From Octopus sinensis (taxonomy: Eukaryota): a DNA stretch of 64,000 bases. Each line of letters begins with the position of its first letter. The stretch's first letter is position 1. Below the pieces are notes generated by a model. It did not search any database and was not told where the DNA came from. It saw only the letters and a list, made by a program, of their open reading frames with translations. Positions 1 to 12,424 of the stretch are shown here, one piece after another. The stretch is taken from positions 6,014,001 to 6,078,000 of the forward strand of contig NC_043016.1 in assembly GCF_006345805.1 (NCBI RefSeq), in the 5' to 3' direction. A program made the position numbers and the translations under genes.

Positions 1-1039
1 CGCTGTTTTGAAAACACAATATATAATGCATATTTCAACAGGCTATATCCATAGGTAATATTATCTCCAGATGAATACTGCAGTCAAATTTCGCTTTACA
101 TAAGTATAATGCATAAATGGTGATTTTAATAAAATAATATTTCTGTTGCATATAATGGATTTTTTATTCTGCTGGGCAAGTACTTGCAACATCAGCAATC
201 GTTTATTCATAGCTAGCATATATATATATATCAATGATGATGGATTTTGTCTAAGCATGTTGGCTGTCAGTACACATTATTGATAATGCTCAATGAGACA
301 GAAATACATTTAATGTCCTCATTCACCACTGTCGGGATGAGTTCCATCTTTGATATACACATATTGTGTTTTTAAACATAGTGTGTTCATAAGAGATGTC
401 TCTGGAGGCAAAATCCACAGTAAATTTTACCTATTACAATATATTCATTTCTAGTATGATATATAAATGACTATTTTCATCTAATACTCATTCTGTTGCA
501 TATAACAGCTTATATACGTGTGTGTGTATGTGTCTAATATACAGACTAGCTATACACATACACATTTTTAATGCACTATACACGTGTGTATATGTGTGTG
601 TGTGTGTGTTTACACTTGAAACTAAAGATATCAAATTTTTATCATTTGGCAGAAATTAGTGATCATCGAGGCCAAAAGCTTCGTGTATATCACTTATCAA
701 ACATATATATATGCACTGCACGAGTACGCATACAGGTGTGTGTGTGAGAGAGAGAGAAAGAGTGTGTGTGTGTGTGTGTACATATACGTGTGCATATGTA
801 ATCCTAAAACTAAAAGATTGCCATATTATTTTTATTAATCAGTGAAACTTACAAAGTGACACAGGAGCCGAAAGCTTCTTACAGGGCATTTATCAAACAT
901 GTGTGTGCGTGCGCGCGCGCGTGTATATATACATACACACACTCAACACATTACCGATGTATATAACTTTCAAAGTGACCCAAAAGCAAGAGTTCCGTGC
1001 AAGGCATGTGTGTATTTCATGTTTCACTTGTTTCGGTCA

Positions 1040-1350
1040 TTAGAATGCGGTCATGACGGGGAATGGAAGTACTTTAGTCGGACAAATCGACATAATTTAT
1101 CGGTGTCTCTTGCCGACTTGCTACGGGTATCATAAACAAACCAACACCGGTAATCAAACCTTGGTGGGAGAGAAATACAACTCACACACACACATACACG
1201 ACGGGTTTCCTTCAATTTCCTTCTACCAAATCCACTCACAAGTCTTCGGTCGGGATCATAATAGAAGACACTTACACCAGGTACCACACAATGCGACTGA
1301 ACCCAAAATCACATGGTTGAGAAGCAAGCTTATTAACCACACAGCCACGC
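1040..1350 (-). mobile_element. tRNA-derived SINE, family B (ggcgcaggcgtggctgtgtggtaagaag... type; OR/CORE-like), degenerate
   Basis: Reverse-complement match to the same family at 21000-21356 and 27223-27612 (ccaaatccactcacaag, agaagacactt, aaccacacagccacgcct). Confidence 0.75.
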
Positions 1351-1581
1351 CTATATGTATGTGTGTGTGTATACAACTAAAGATTGTCATATTCCTATCG
1401 GCTAACATACGCAGTGTCCCAAAGGCCGAGAGTTTCGTCCATATCACTTATCAAACATTCGTGTGCGTATATGATGTATATATACATATATAATTACATA
1501 TACGCATGCATTCAACACAGTACACTAAACATATGCACTCGCACACACACAAACATACATATACTCAACACACGCATAGTA

Positions 1582-1624
<43 letters not shown>

Positions 1625-1730
1625 AGATGCATGGATGTATAAACTCCGACAACCCAAAGCTCACAAGTATAACACACACGCACGCAGCCAGCAAAAAGTA
1701 CATCAAAATAATGGGAAAGCTTCGTCTCAC

Positions 1731-1867
1731 CAGGTGTAAAACTCCGTCAACGACATCCTTGTTGCTGACTGAAGTAGATTCGCCCCTCAACAACGCCTTC
1801 ATCAACTCCTTGACTCGAACGAGGGTCTCTTTGTCGCCAGAAGCTGCTGTATTATCGTCCAATGACC
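1731..1867 (-). CDS. Putative host coding exon, neurobeachin/LRBA (BEACH family) N-terminal-like
   Basis: GC-rich island. Open frame SLDDNTAASGDKETLVRVKELMKALLRGESTSVSNKDVVDGVLHL ends at a phase-0 CTG|GTGAG donor (1731/1730). Candidate acceptor ccttccAG at 1869-1868, or start at ATG 1802. VSNKDVVDGVLHL resembles the neurobeachin motif VSNR(D/E)IV(E/N)TVL(N/H)L, recalled from memory; the preceding residues align poorly. Confidence 0.45.
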
Positions 1868-2066
1868 CTGGAAGGCTTCCAGTGCTTCTTTTTTGTCAAC
1901 CTCTGTCATTTTGGATCGCCGGAGGGTTCAGAGGTTGGGACAAAAGGGGGTGGGGTACACGATATATATATATACAGATATATATACGTATGTATGAGTA
2001 TATATATGTATATATATATGTGTGTATGTATATATATGTATATATATATACACTTGAATGTATATG

Positions 2067-2285
2067 ATTTAGTAGGACATTTTTGTTACTCCAGGTAAGC
2101 TGTATATCATCCACTTCCGGTTTTGCTATGGGTCTTACGGAGTGAATAAATGTACTTGTGCTGTTACTACAGGTAAGCTATATAATTATACTGTGTGAGT
2201 GGTGTATGTATATACGTATGAGTATGTGTATACATATATGAAAATATATATATATGTATGTTTATATATATGTATACAAATATAT

Positions 2286-2338
<53 letters not shown>

Positions 2339-2767
2339 CTTTATATATATGATTTAGTAAAACATTTTTGTTGCTCCAGGTAAGCTGTATATAATCCACT
2401 TCCGGTTTGGCTATGACCTGACGGAGTGAATGAAGCTACAGGTAATATATCTATAAGTATATATATATATATGTATACATATATATATACATATATCATC
2501 AACAACCGGTTTTTTGATAAATTTTTACGGTGTGACTGAAGCTACAGGTATGCTTTCTGCATCTCTCTCTCTCTCCCTCTCTTTATCTATCTATCTATCT
2601 ATCTTCTCTCTTCCCCCTCTCTCTCTTTCTCTTTCTCTCTCTCTCGCTCTTTCTTTCTATATATATGTATATATATATATATATATATATAATGTACTTC
2701 CGGCTTTGCTTGCTATGGGCTTACGAAGTGAATGAAATATTTGGCGTGGGTTGTGTAATAAAGTATA

Positions 2768-2812
<45 letters not shown>

Positions 2813-2814
2813 CA

Positions 2815-2872
<58 letters not shown>

Positions 2873-3193
2873 CTTTATATATATGATTTAGTAAAACATT
2901 TTTGTTGCTCCAGGTAAGCTGTATATAATCCACTTCCGGTTTGGCTATGACCTACGGAGTGAATGAAGCTACAGGTAATATATCTATAAGTATATATATA
3001 TATATGTATACATATATATATACATATATCATCAACAACCGGTTTTTTGATAAATTTTTACGGTGTGACTGAAGCTACAGGTATGCTTTCTGCATCTCTC
3101 TCTCTCTCCCTCTCTTTATCTATCTATCTATCTATCTTCTCTCTTCCCCCTCTCTCTCTTTCTCTTCTCTCTCTCTCGCTCTTTCTTTCTATA

Positions 3194-3230
<37 letters not shown>

Positions 3231-3300
3231 TTCCGGCTTTGCTTGCTATGGGCTTACGAAGTGAATGAAATATTTGGCGTGGGTTGTGTAATAAAGTATA

Positions 3301-3340
<40 letters not shown>
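2067..3340. promoter_or_regulatory. ETS-motif (ACTTCCGG) module repeated five times within a 533-bp tandem duplication; candidate promoter region
   Basis: ACTTCCGG at about 2113, 2398, 2696, 2932 and 3229. Units 2338-2870 and 2871-~3340 are near-identical. The cluster lies just upstream of the minus-strand exon. Confidence 0.45.
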
Positions 3341-3344
<4 letters not shown>

Positions 3345-3949
3345 CACACACACACACACCACACACGTAAAATAGAGAAAAGGAGGTGGAGAAAGAGAAG
3401 AGAGAAATGACAGTTGCTCAACAGATATGCGTTAATTTAGTTTCTATTTGTCGGGCAGCTGCACTTTGATCGACTGCTATAATGGTGAAAGAGAGAGCGA
3501 ACAAGAGAACTACTTGAGCTACTATAAAATGTATGATCGATGTGGAAAAGTTGAAATTGCCCCACTTTCCTTTCACTAACAACTATTCAGGTTCCCTTCC
3601 TTTGCTGCGATTCAAAATCTCGCATTATAAAAAAAAAAAAAAGATTATCTGCAATAATAATGATTTTTTTTTTTTGATGGGGGGGTGCTTTTGCACCAGG
3701 GCGACTGATAAAGGGGACAATACAGAAACGAATGTGAAGCGTTGGGTTTTTGCATAGCATGGAATGATAAAGAGTGAAAAGTATACACGGTATGCAGCAT
3801 AAATAAAAGAAAATAAGTGTATAAAGTATACATCAGTAAAAAATATATATATAAAGGCGATAGTTATGTGATCCTCTTGATACAGGAGCACTGCTAGGGC
3901 CGATCGAGGAATCCCACCATTCAAGACCTCAATGAACATCAATAATATG

Positions 3950-5335
3950 TGTTCCCTTCAATTTCTGTTCTCCGACTCACAGGTCTATACTTAGAGCGGT
4001 GCCAGCCACTCTTGCCCTTTCAGTAAATTCACTCGAGTACAGTACCCCGCTCACCACCTGCACTTGCCATTTCAAGTGAAATTTGGAAAAGTCGCTACGG
4101 GCTCTACAAAAGGGGACTGTCTCTGTCTCCCTTCCTTTCAGCCTCGTCCACCAGACAACCTCTCTTGCCATAGCTACCAGACAAAGGGAAATCTGCTCTA
4201 CCTGCCCAGTTAAAGAAGGACAGCGGGACAATCCTCATTATGGACTTGACCGATAGACGGATCTGTCCAGCAGCAGGTCAACATCCCTCGGATACTGAAC
4301 GAGAGCGTGTATAACGGTTTTATCGCTCTGCGGTACACCTCGGACAAGCCCGACGTGCCTGTAGAGTTTACATCGAATCGGTAACGCCTCTTTGCAGCAC
4401 TATCAGGCTTAGAACTTCTGGAAATTTTCCATGGTAGTTCTCGATAGAAAAGTCCTTCAGTTTGTTTTCGTCGACGCCCAGTGTCTCTCCAAGAACGTCA
4501 TTAGATTTTCCCGCCACTAATTCTCTAAAGATTGCTAAAGTGAGACATTCACTGATTCCATTGCGCGACTGACTATAAGCACTTGAAGACATTCTTGGTA
4601 CTAGACGCAATTTGGGTTTTTCATTCAAGGAAACGAGCATCATTGTTCGTCACCTCGTCCAGGTTCTTATTCATCTGTAGGTCAGGCCCGAACCAGACAT
4701 CGAGCAGGTTAACTGGTCCATCAGTTTAGCAACCAACGACTTTCTTCTCCAGGTGCCCGGCTACAAACCTATCGACTAGGTGTTAATCTTGACCCCCTCC
4801 CCAACCGAGTCGTATCCTTCAGAATGGTGCTGACCGTCACCACTTCGGAGCCGTCCGACACCATGACGTTTACAACGTCTACGAACACTGACACTGCTCT
4901 CGCGAGTTCCAGTTGAAAAGGGATGCCATTCAACTGTTCCAACTTCTGCAGCAGTGGCATGAGTGCCAGGACGTACGGACTGAGTGTACAATTCAAAACG
5001 ATTCCGATAGGTGACCATTTACTTTCACCACTGAGCAGTTGCCGCTGTACTTTGCAGCAGTCTAACCTCTGAAAATCGGTCCAAGCCCGACCGATTTTCA
5101 AGACGGCTTTAGATTGGACTAATCATTCCCACTGTAGTCAGCTTTCGTCCCAGCCCTCTCCACGATGCATTGTATAAGGTGAAGATTGTCGAAGATATAA
5201 CTTCTGAACCACGCGTGTTTGGGCTTTCCCAACCAGACCACCTACAATCCCCGACTTTTTCGCTAACTCCTTAGCCAAAATCTTAAATTCTGTGTTTAGC
5301 AGGGTTATGAACCGAAAATACCTACCACTATCAAC
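3950..5335 (-). mobile_element. L1/Tx1-clade LINE, RT and C-terminal part of ORF2, degenerate
   Basis: FRFITLLNTEFKILAKELAK (RT domain 2), LSPYVLALMPLLQKL, VSVFVDVVNVMVSD (decayed YADD region), C-terminal LVAMAREVVWWTRLKG. Confidence 0.85.
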
Positions 5336-5344
5336 AACAACAAT

Positions 5345-6135
5345 GATGATGATGATTTCTTTATCAACCACAAAGGGCTTTCATTAAGAAAAATATTAAG
5401 ATCGGAACAGGATAAAACATTGAATGTGTGTGTGTGTGTGTATGTGCATGACGGCTGGTGTAAGGGTTTTGTGTGTAAACAGGTTTAACATTTTTTTTTT
5501 AAATAGTAATAAAAAGTAGTAATAAAATCAATTAGGAGGAAACATTCGAGGGCTGCTTACGGGGGGAAAAAACCTAAAACCTCTGATGCCCTAACTTCTG
5601 GGGTGGGTACCTTTTCTCTGTTCTTTATCTCCGATTTACAAGCGTATGCTCAGAGCAGACCCGTTCAGTCGCCTTACAACAAAATGGCTCGAAGGTAACG
5701 CTTCGCTCTTCACCTTTATTTCCCTCTTCAAATTGATGAGCGATTGGCCAAAGAGGTAAGTATTTGTCTTCAGCCTTTCAATCTCGTCAACCATACAACC
5801 GCTTTCGCCATGGCCACCAGGCATATAAAAACTACGTGTCCTTCCCGATTAAAAGAAGGCAGCAAGGAGATCTTCTCGATGAATTCAGTTGATATACGGA
5901 TCTGTCCCATGTGCGTCAACAAGTCTTCGACATAAATCCTGTCAACAATGCTCGGGCATTGTACAAATGGTGTAGGACAGTTCGTTGCCCTACGTACATC
6001 TCGGATTTGTTCGGCTGACAGCACTTCCGTACCTTATTGTATACAGAGTTCAGTGTACACTACAGTTCATCAGAAAGAGTTAACGAAAGGGGCAAGAATC
6101 AGTATTGTCTCTAAGCGTCTGCACCTCCAAGTTTT
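5345..6135 (-). mobile_element. Second L1/Tx1 3' end with 3'UTR and (ATC/TTG)n tail
   Basis: FICLVAMAKAVVWLTRLKG, paralogous to 3977-4231; 3' end gccctttgtggttgataaagaaa followed by a microsatellite tail at about 5345. Confidence 0.8.
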
Positions 6136-7064
6136 CTAGTCCTTTACTAGTTGTATATATACAAATTTTACAGAATCTTTCCACTTTCCAATTCCTTAGC
6201 TAAGATGGTTCTTCTTCTTCTTCTTCTTCATCATCGTCGCCGTCGTTGTCGTAGTTTGATGTCCATATTACAAACTGGCATGGGTTAGATGGTGGTCTGA
6301 TAGGATCCACTGTGGTCCAGTGTCTGCTTTCTCGCGGTTTCTACCACGGGATACCCTTCCTACACCTACCACGAGCACTAGTGAAGTTGCTATGTAGCTT
6401 GCATGAATTCAAGTACCAGAGGCGGGGGCTCTACGCTAAAAGATGTTAGAGCATAAGGAGTTAGAGTACAGAACAAAGCAGAAAAGGTACCCTGCTACTC
6501 ACATTGTAGGAGAGTGTGTAAGGTTAGACTGAAGGTTAGGGTTGTTTGGTTACACGAGACCCAAATGGTCCGAATTATGCATCGTACTTCAATGTCTGCT
6601 TTGACAGCTTCTATGGTTGGGTGTTCTTTTTTAAGAACTTTATATCATGTACTGAGTGATTTTTAGGTCACCATGCAGCATGCAAGACCAAGATCTTCTT
6701 TGGTTGCGTGGGACTAGAGTGAAAAGGGAAGTTGCTTTAAACAATAGGGTGAAGGGTTAAAGTATAAAGGAAGGGACCAGAACAGAACAGGTTTCTTTTT
6801 GTGGAAAGGACAAATGACTGTTCACATTATAGAAGAGAAGGTGGAAGTGATCAGGACGGAGCTAGAAAGAGACAGAAATAGGATTCGTGGGGTGCTAGAA
6901 TAGATCCTCAAGATACAAGGTGGGTAGGAGTTCAAGGGGACAAGAGAACAGGCGGAACAGAAGAACGGAGGGACAGGAGACGCTGCAAAAGGGTATGGGA
7001 GAGTGAGTGATGATTAGAGACAAGTAATGGGTGCTGTGTCCTGTAATTACAACATCCAAGGGTA

Positions 7065-7362
7065 TTTGGCTGTTGTTTCTAGTATGAAGAATGATCATGA
7101 TTAGTATGAAGGATGATCACATAAGGTATATATGAGCAACCCACAGCCCCATGACTTTCTGAATAGCCTAACGAAAAATTATCTTGGGGTCTGATGATGT
7201 GTCATGTCTTAGAATTCTTATAAATGCTTCGTAAAATGGCCTTCCTCTTTCATTTAAAGAAATGACTCAAATTTGAGGGCATTTGGCTGTTGTGTTTAGT
7301 ACGAAAAACGACCATATTTAGGACTTTCTTTTATAAATGCTTCATAAAGTGTCCTCTAATTT
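7065..7362 (+). repeat. Degenerate ~110-bp tandem array, block 1
   Basis: Unit ...aaatgcttcgtaaagtgtccttcaatttttatatgaaaaacaacgcaaatttgagggcacttggctgttatttctagcatgaagaatgaccacatatagg...; about 3 copies. Confidence 0.75.
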
Positions 7363-8134
7363 TTATATAATATAATAGACTTATTGTATATAGGGCTCAG
7401 GCGTACTTCAGCTCATCGGAAATAGAATATGCACAAGAAGTGAACAGCGAATAAGTCTTAAAGAAGGGGGAAAACGAGAGTAGGGGACATCAGGTGTACT
7501 GTTGACGAATTTCAGGAAGCATGGGAGTTTTGAAGGATGTAGTATCCCGACAGCTAACAACTTGAAGCAGGTAGTTTATTCCATTCTTCAGCAATTCTGA
7601 CTGAAAAATGTTTCCGAAAGTCATGGATGTTCTGTTGTTTTTGTTTTGTTTTTTTTTTTTAATTTTGTAACCATGTGCACGGGTGTTAGACATGTGGAAT
7701 TCCAAAAGGTGTCCAAGTTTGTTGTTTGGAAAAATGGTGGACAATTTTGTGGGTGTCTACCAAGTCAGTTGCCAGATGTCAGAGCTTCAATGTACCCGTA
7801 CCCAGGAAAAAAAGACGTTCAGAATATGATAGATGCCTGACTGCGGGTATTCATCTTGTTGCAAGTTTCTGAACAGAGATTGATTTGCTGAGCAAGATAG
7901 GGGTTCCAGACTAATGATAGAAACTCTAAGTGTGGGTTTACCATAGTCTTATACAGCTTTGAACGGACTGCTTGAGAGCGGCTGGCAAAGGTCTTCCTGA
8001 GTGGTGCTAAAACACCGGAAACCTTCTTGACAATTTTAGAGATATGGTTCGTCCAACGCACATTACTTACTGTTGACAATAATACCTAGATCACGTTGAC
8101 CAACAGAATTCTTAAGATTGGTATTGTTGAGAGA

Positions 8135-8368
8135 AAAGGCGGCGAGCTGACAGAAACGTTAGCACGCCGGGCGAAATGCGTAGCCGTATTTCGTCTGCCG
8201 TTACATTCTGAGTTCAAATTCCGCCGAGGTCGACTTTGCCTTTCATCCTTTCGGGGTCGATAAATTAAGTACCAGTTTTGCACTGGGGTCGATATAATCG
8301 ACTTAATCCGTTTGTCTGTCCTTGTTTGTCCTCCCTATGTTTAGCCCCCTGTGGGTAGTAAAGAAATA
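8135..8368 (+). mobile_element. tRNA-derived SINE, family A (ggcggcgagctggcagaaacgttagc...), full length
   Basis: 15-bp TSD ggtattgttgagaga at 8120-8134 and 8369-8383; B-box-like gagttcaaattcc; inserted in the CR1. Confidence 0.92.
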
Positions 8369-8812
8369 GGTATTGTTGAGAGAGTATGTAAAAGCTGGGC
8401 TTTTCCTCCGAAGATGCTTGGTGACGGGGCACTTGTTCACAACTAGCTTTAGTTACATTGTGTCCAGGTCTGATTGCAGGAAAGATCTATAGCGTATAGG
8501 ATCTGTTCTTTTTATCTCAAGCTACACCTTTGATGTCATCTGCATATTTCAACATCGTAACATTCTTCAAGTTGGTGTCTGTGTCACGCACCAAACAAAA
8601 GGAATTCTGTTCTTGGATAAGTTGCAGTCTGGGTGGGTTTTGAAGAATTTGTGTGGCACTGATGTTTCATATGTAGCATTAGATTTAATTGAGGATGTTC
8701 TGAAGCGCAGCAGGACATCTCCGGAATCGTAAAATTCAAACCAGTTTGAGTGTTGTAACTCAGCGCGGTAACAGTTCCATTCAGCTTTGTTCCAGTCAAA
8801 ACGAGAAGTTTG

Positions 8813-8844
<32 letters not shown>

Positions 8845-9759
8845 GGTGGTGGTGGTGGTGGTTCTTGTTCCTACCCATAAGAGACAGATTGGCAATGATC
8901 ATAGCATAATCAGAGTTGTGAACCTGATAACCGTTTCAAGAATAGTAGTAAAGAGCAGATCCAAAATGGAGGTGCCTACTTGGGGCCAGCTTGAACTCAA
9001 CGCAACATCAAATAAATCATCTGCACTTTGAGGGCCAACAAAAAGTTTTACAATCAATCTCAGGGTCGTTGAAGTCACCAGCAATGAAAACATAAGTGAT
9101 TGTTTTCTTAGATGCAGCTCTGAGGACGTTAAAAAAACTGTGTGTCTTGACGGTAACTTGGTGGTCGATAGACAACTCCAAGTAACAGTGTTGACATGTT
9201 TATGCGTATATCACATAAAAATACTTCTCGTAATTAGTTCAAATCATCACAAGAAATTGCTGAAAGTTGGACCGAATGTAGACCATCACACTACCCCCTC
9301 TACACTTAATGCGATCTTTGCAAAACATGTTGTAACTAGCCATGTTAAAAACACCATCACAGAGTGAAGAGTATGCCCATGATTCTGTGACTATGGTGAA
9401 ATCGGGGTCGATACTTTTGATGTAAAAGTCAAGAAGGTGGATTTTGTTGCATACTCATAAACTTCGGGCATTTAAGGACAGTAACTTGAATGAGGATTTA
9501 AGCCTATCATCGTGATATATAGAGGATGGTGGAGTGTTCTTGTTTAGTTTCCCCGGAGCTTTTTCATTGCAGCCTATTGTGTGGTCATAATCCACAGATC
9601 AGCTGGTCTTTTCTACGTCTCACCAGTCTTAACGAATTTCTGTATTTGTCCATCATCGCGTTGGCTACAACTCGCATTCGGTACTAAATCGCGATTCAGA
9701 AAGCTACACAGCGTAACTTTGAACGTACATTAGGACGTATTCGAAAGGTAAGTTGATTT

Positions 9760-10203
9760 TCACTCCTGGCCTTTACATAGGCTAAATGGGATGCACGTCC
9801 CCAAAGTCCATCCCCTCCTCACCGTGGTGGGGACTCTAGCAACGGGTAGTGTCAGAGCTATGCCGTCGGGAACTTCGATTCCTGGTAGGGCCATCCAAGG
9901 CGGATTGGTCTGACACCGAGTGGTATTAGTGCCACAACCCGGCAGACGGGGCTCTGGTGAAAATCCTCGGAGTGTCTGTTTCGGCAACTGGCAGCTCCTC
10001 GGTCGTTCTGTCCCTGCGTCTGCGGACAATCTGCGGCAAACAGGATGTCTCTACATGCGGAATTGTTGGGGACCGCTTGTGAAATTCATATTCCCCACGA
10101 AACCTTTTCCACTGCCATGGTTCGAGATGCCTCGAGGGTGGTAGGAGAAGCCGACTCAACCCGCCCAGGGTGAATGTCGCCACAAGTACAAGTAAGTAAG
10201 TAC
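9760..10203 (+). mobile_element. Unclassified GC-rich ~445-bp insertion with (AAGT)n tail, probably RTE-related and non-autonomous
   Basis: Interrupts CR1 ORF1 at ...NVARTY|; ends acaagtacaagtaagtaagta; no recognisable coding frame. Confidence 0.5.
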
Positions 10204-10749
10204 GTGCCACATTAGGGCTTGAGAATGTCAATCTGATTAGTCTGGGTTTGGAGCCTGGTCGTCCAAAGCGGAGACGATTTTTTGGAAGAATGCATTGCAA
10301 GTCCTTGAACGACTTGCCGGCAAATGCCTGAAGATCGGTTATTTCTTCAGATATGCCAATGGCAATTACCTGGTATGCGGCAGATTCTCTAGCTTTCTCA
10401 ATGCGCTTACATTCGGTAAGAGTTGAGGTCAGGTTTCTAAGTAAGTCATTCCGATTTGATCCCACATTGTGTGGTTCCATACGGATTTTTGATTTAATGT
10501 CCTTTATTTCTATGCTTAAATCAGAAATCAGTTGTCGTATTTCTGCAATTTCTGGATTGATGGTTGGTTTTTGTTGGTGCTTTTGTTCAACGATAGTGGT
10601 AGGGGGAGACAGACAGACAGACAAACAGGCCAAGCACTGAAAGAACCAGTTTGTGTTGGACCATTTCTCAGAAAGCCATCCATCATAGGATTATGGTATC
10701 CTTTTTTTGACCTGGGATTGTTAGAAAGTTAATGGTACATTGAAGAACC

Positions 10750-11489
10750 AAAACAAATTTCAGGGCGCTTGGCTCTCTTTTCATGCACGTTATAAGACCA
10801 CCTATAGGTCATTATTGTAAAATTATTGTTTCAAAGCCTCGTTCGATTTTATACAAAAAATAACGCCAAACTGATAGCAGCCCGCTATTATTTCTAGCAT
10901 GATTAGAGACCACCGGTAGGAAAATATTTTTTCATAGAAATGTTTTGTAACGTTTTCTTCAATTTTATATGTAAAAAACAACGCAAATTTGAGGGACTTG
11001 GCTGTTATTTCTAGTATGACTTTGAGATCACAGTAGGAAAATATTTTTCATAAACGTTTTGTATTGTCCTTCAATTTTTATATGAAAAGTACTGCGAAAA
11101 TCAAGTCATTTGGCTGCTGTTTCAAACGTGAAAAATGACTACATATGAGAAAAGTTCAATGCTTTGCAAAGTGTCCTTCAATATTTCTATGAAAAATAAT
11201 GCAAATTTATGAGCACACGGCTCTTATTTCTAGCCTGAAGCTACATATAAGAAAAGTTGTTATAAATGCTTCGTAAAATGTCTTTTACTCTTTAACGTGT
11301 TTCAGTCATTTGACTGCGACCATGCTGGAGCACCACCTTTAGTCGAGCAAATTGACCCCAGGACCTATTCTTTGAATGCGTAGTACTTATTCTATCGGTC
11401 TCTTTTGCCGAACCGCTAAGTTACGGGGACGTAAACATACCACCATCGGTTCTCAAGCGATGTTGGGGGGGACAAACACAGACACATAA

Positions 11490-11520
<31 letters not shown>

Positions 11521-12340
11521 TATATACGACGGGCTTCTTTCCGTTTCCGTCTATCAAATCCACTCACAAGGCTTTGGTTGGCCCGAGGCTATAGTAGAAG
11601 ACACTTGACTCTTATTTGATGTGGAACCACCTATACGATACTTTTTTTTTTTTTATAAATGCTTTTAAAATTGTTCTTCAATTTTTATACGAAAAACGCA
11701 AATTTGAGGACACTTGCCGCTTATTTATAGTCTGAAGAATGTCCACTTTTGGAAAAATTTTCTTACAAAAGCTACTCAGAATGTTTTTGATTTTTATATA
11801 GTAAACAATGTCACTTTGAGGGTACTTGGCTCTGATTTCTACCATGAATAGTGGTCACATAAGAGGGAAATTCTTTTACATGTTTTTTAGTGTCCCTCGA
11901 TATTCCTACGAAAGATACAAATTTGACGACTCTAGGTTTTTTTTTTATATCTAGCATGATGCAAGACCATATTGGACAATATATTTTATAAATACTTCGC
12001 AAAGTGTCCTTCAATGCTTATATGAAAAACAATCCATATTTTAGGATACTTAGTTATTGTTTCTAGCATGGAGAATGAGCACATATGAGAAAAAAATTAT
12101 AAACACTTCATGAAGTTCAACGTTTATATGAAAAACAACGCAAATTTGAGCGCATTTCACTGTTGTTTCTTGCATGGAGAATTTTGACTTATAGGGGAAA
12201 TTCTTATAATTGTTCTAAGAAATTTTCTTCAATTTTATATTTAAAAAAACACCCAAATTTTTGTGCATTTGGTAGTTATTTCGTGCTAACGTTTCCGGCA
12301 TTAAAAACAATTACTGGACCAAGGGAAGTAACTATGAGAA
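10750..12340 (+). repeat. Degenerate ~110-bp tandem array, blocks 2-3 (split by SINE 11283-11610)
   Basis: Marker aaattt(g/c)agg..cttggc recurs at about 10757, 10986, 11700, 11816, 11920, 12035, 12142 and 12255 (spacing 104-116 bp within a block). Confidence 0.8.
11283..11610 (-). mobile_element. SINE family B, 5'-truncated
   Basis: gccgaaccgctaagttacggggacgtaaac...ccgtctatcaaatccactcacaaggctttggttggcccgaggctatagtagaagacacttg. Confidence 0.9.
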
Positions 12341-12424
12341 TATAATGGACTTTGGGAAAATATATATCAGGAAATATCTTTAATATTTCTTAATTTCATT
12401 ATAATAATAATCCTTTCTACTAAA

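Larger units (their letters stand above)
7365..10700 (-). mobile_element. CR1-group LINE: ORF1, endonuclease, YADD and 3' end retained; most of RT deleted; nested insertions
   Basis: ORF1 ...VIAIGISEE...RLRFGRPGSKPRLIRLTFSSP (about 10630-10205, resuming below 9760). EN: KLLSLNARSL...PDFTIVTESW...KDRIKCRGGSVMVY and SILDLLFTT. YADD at 8546-8535. C-terminal LYKTMVNPHLEF..VWNPY and TRAHGYK. 3' tail at about 7365. Confidence 0.85.

Noticed and set aside
61-430. Short minus-strand ORFs as the next exon of the neurobeachin-like gene
   Set aside because: No LVGGEFD-like peptide and multiple stops.
9760-9860. HDV-like ribozyme suggested by ggcctttacataggctaaatggga, tcctcac and a gtcccca/tggggac stem
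   Set aside because: I could not assemble P1-P2-P3-P1.1-P4 in the required order; there is no GG after P1' and no downstream P2 partner.
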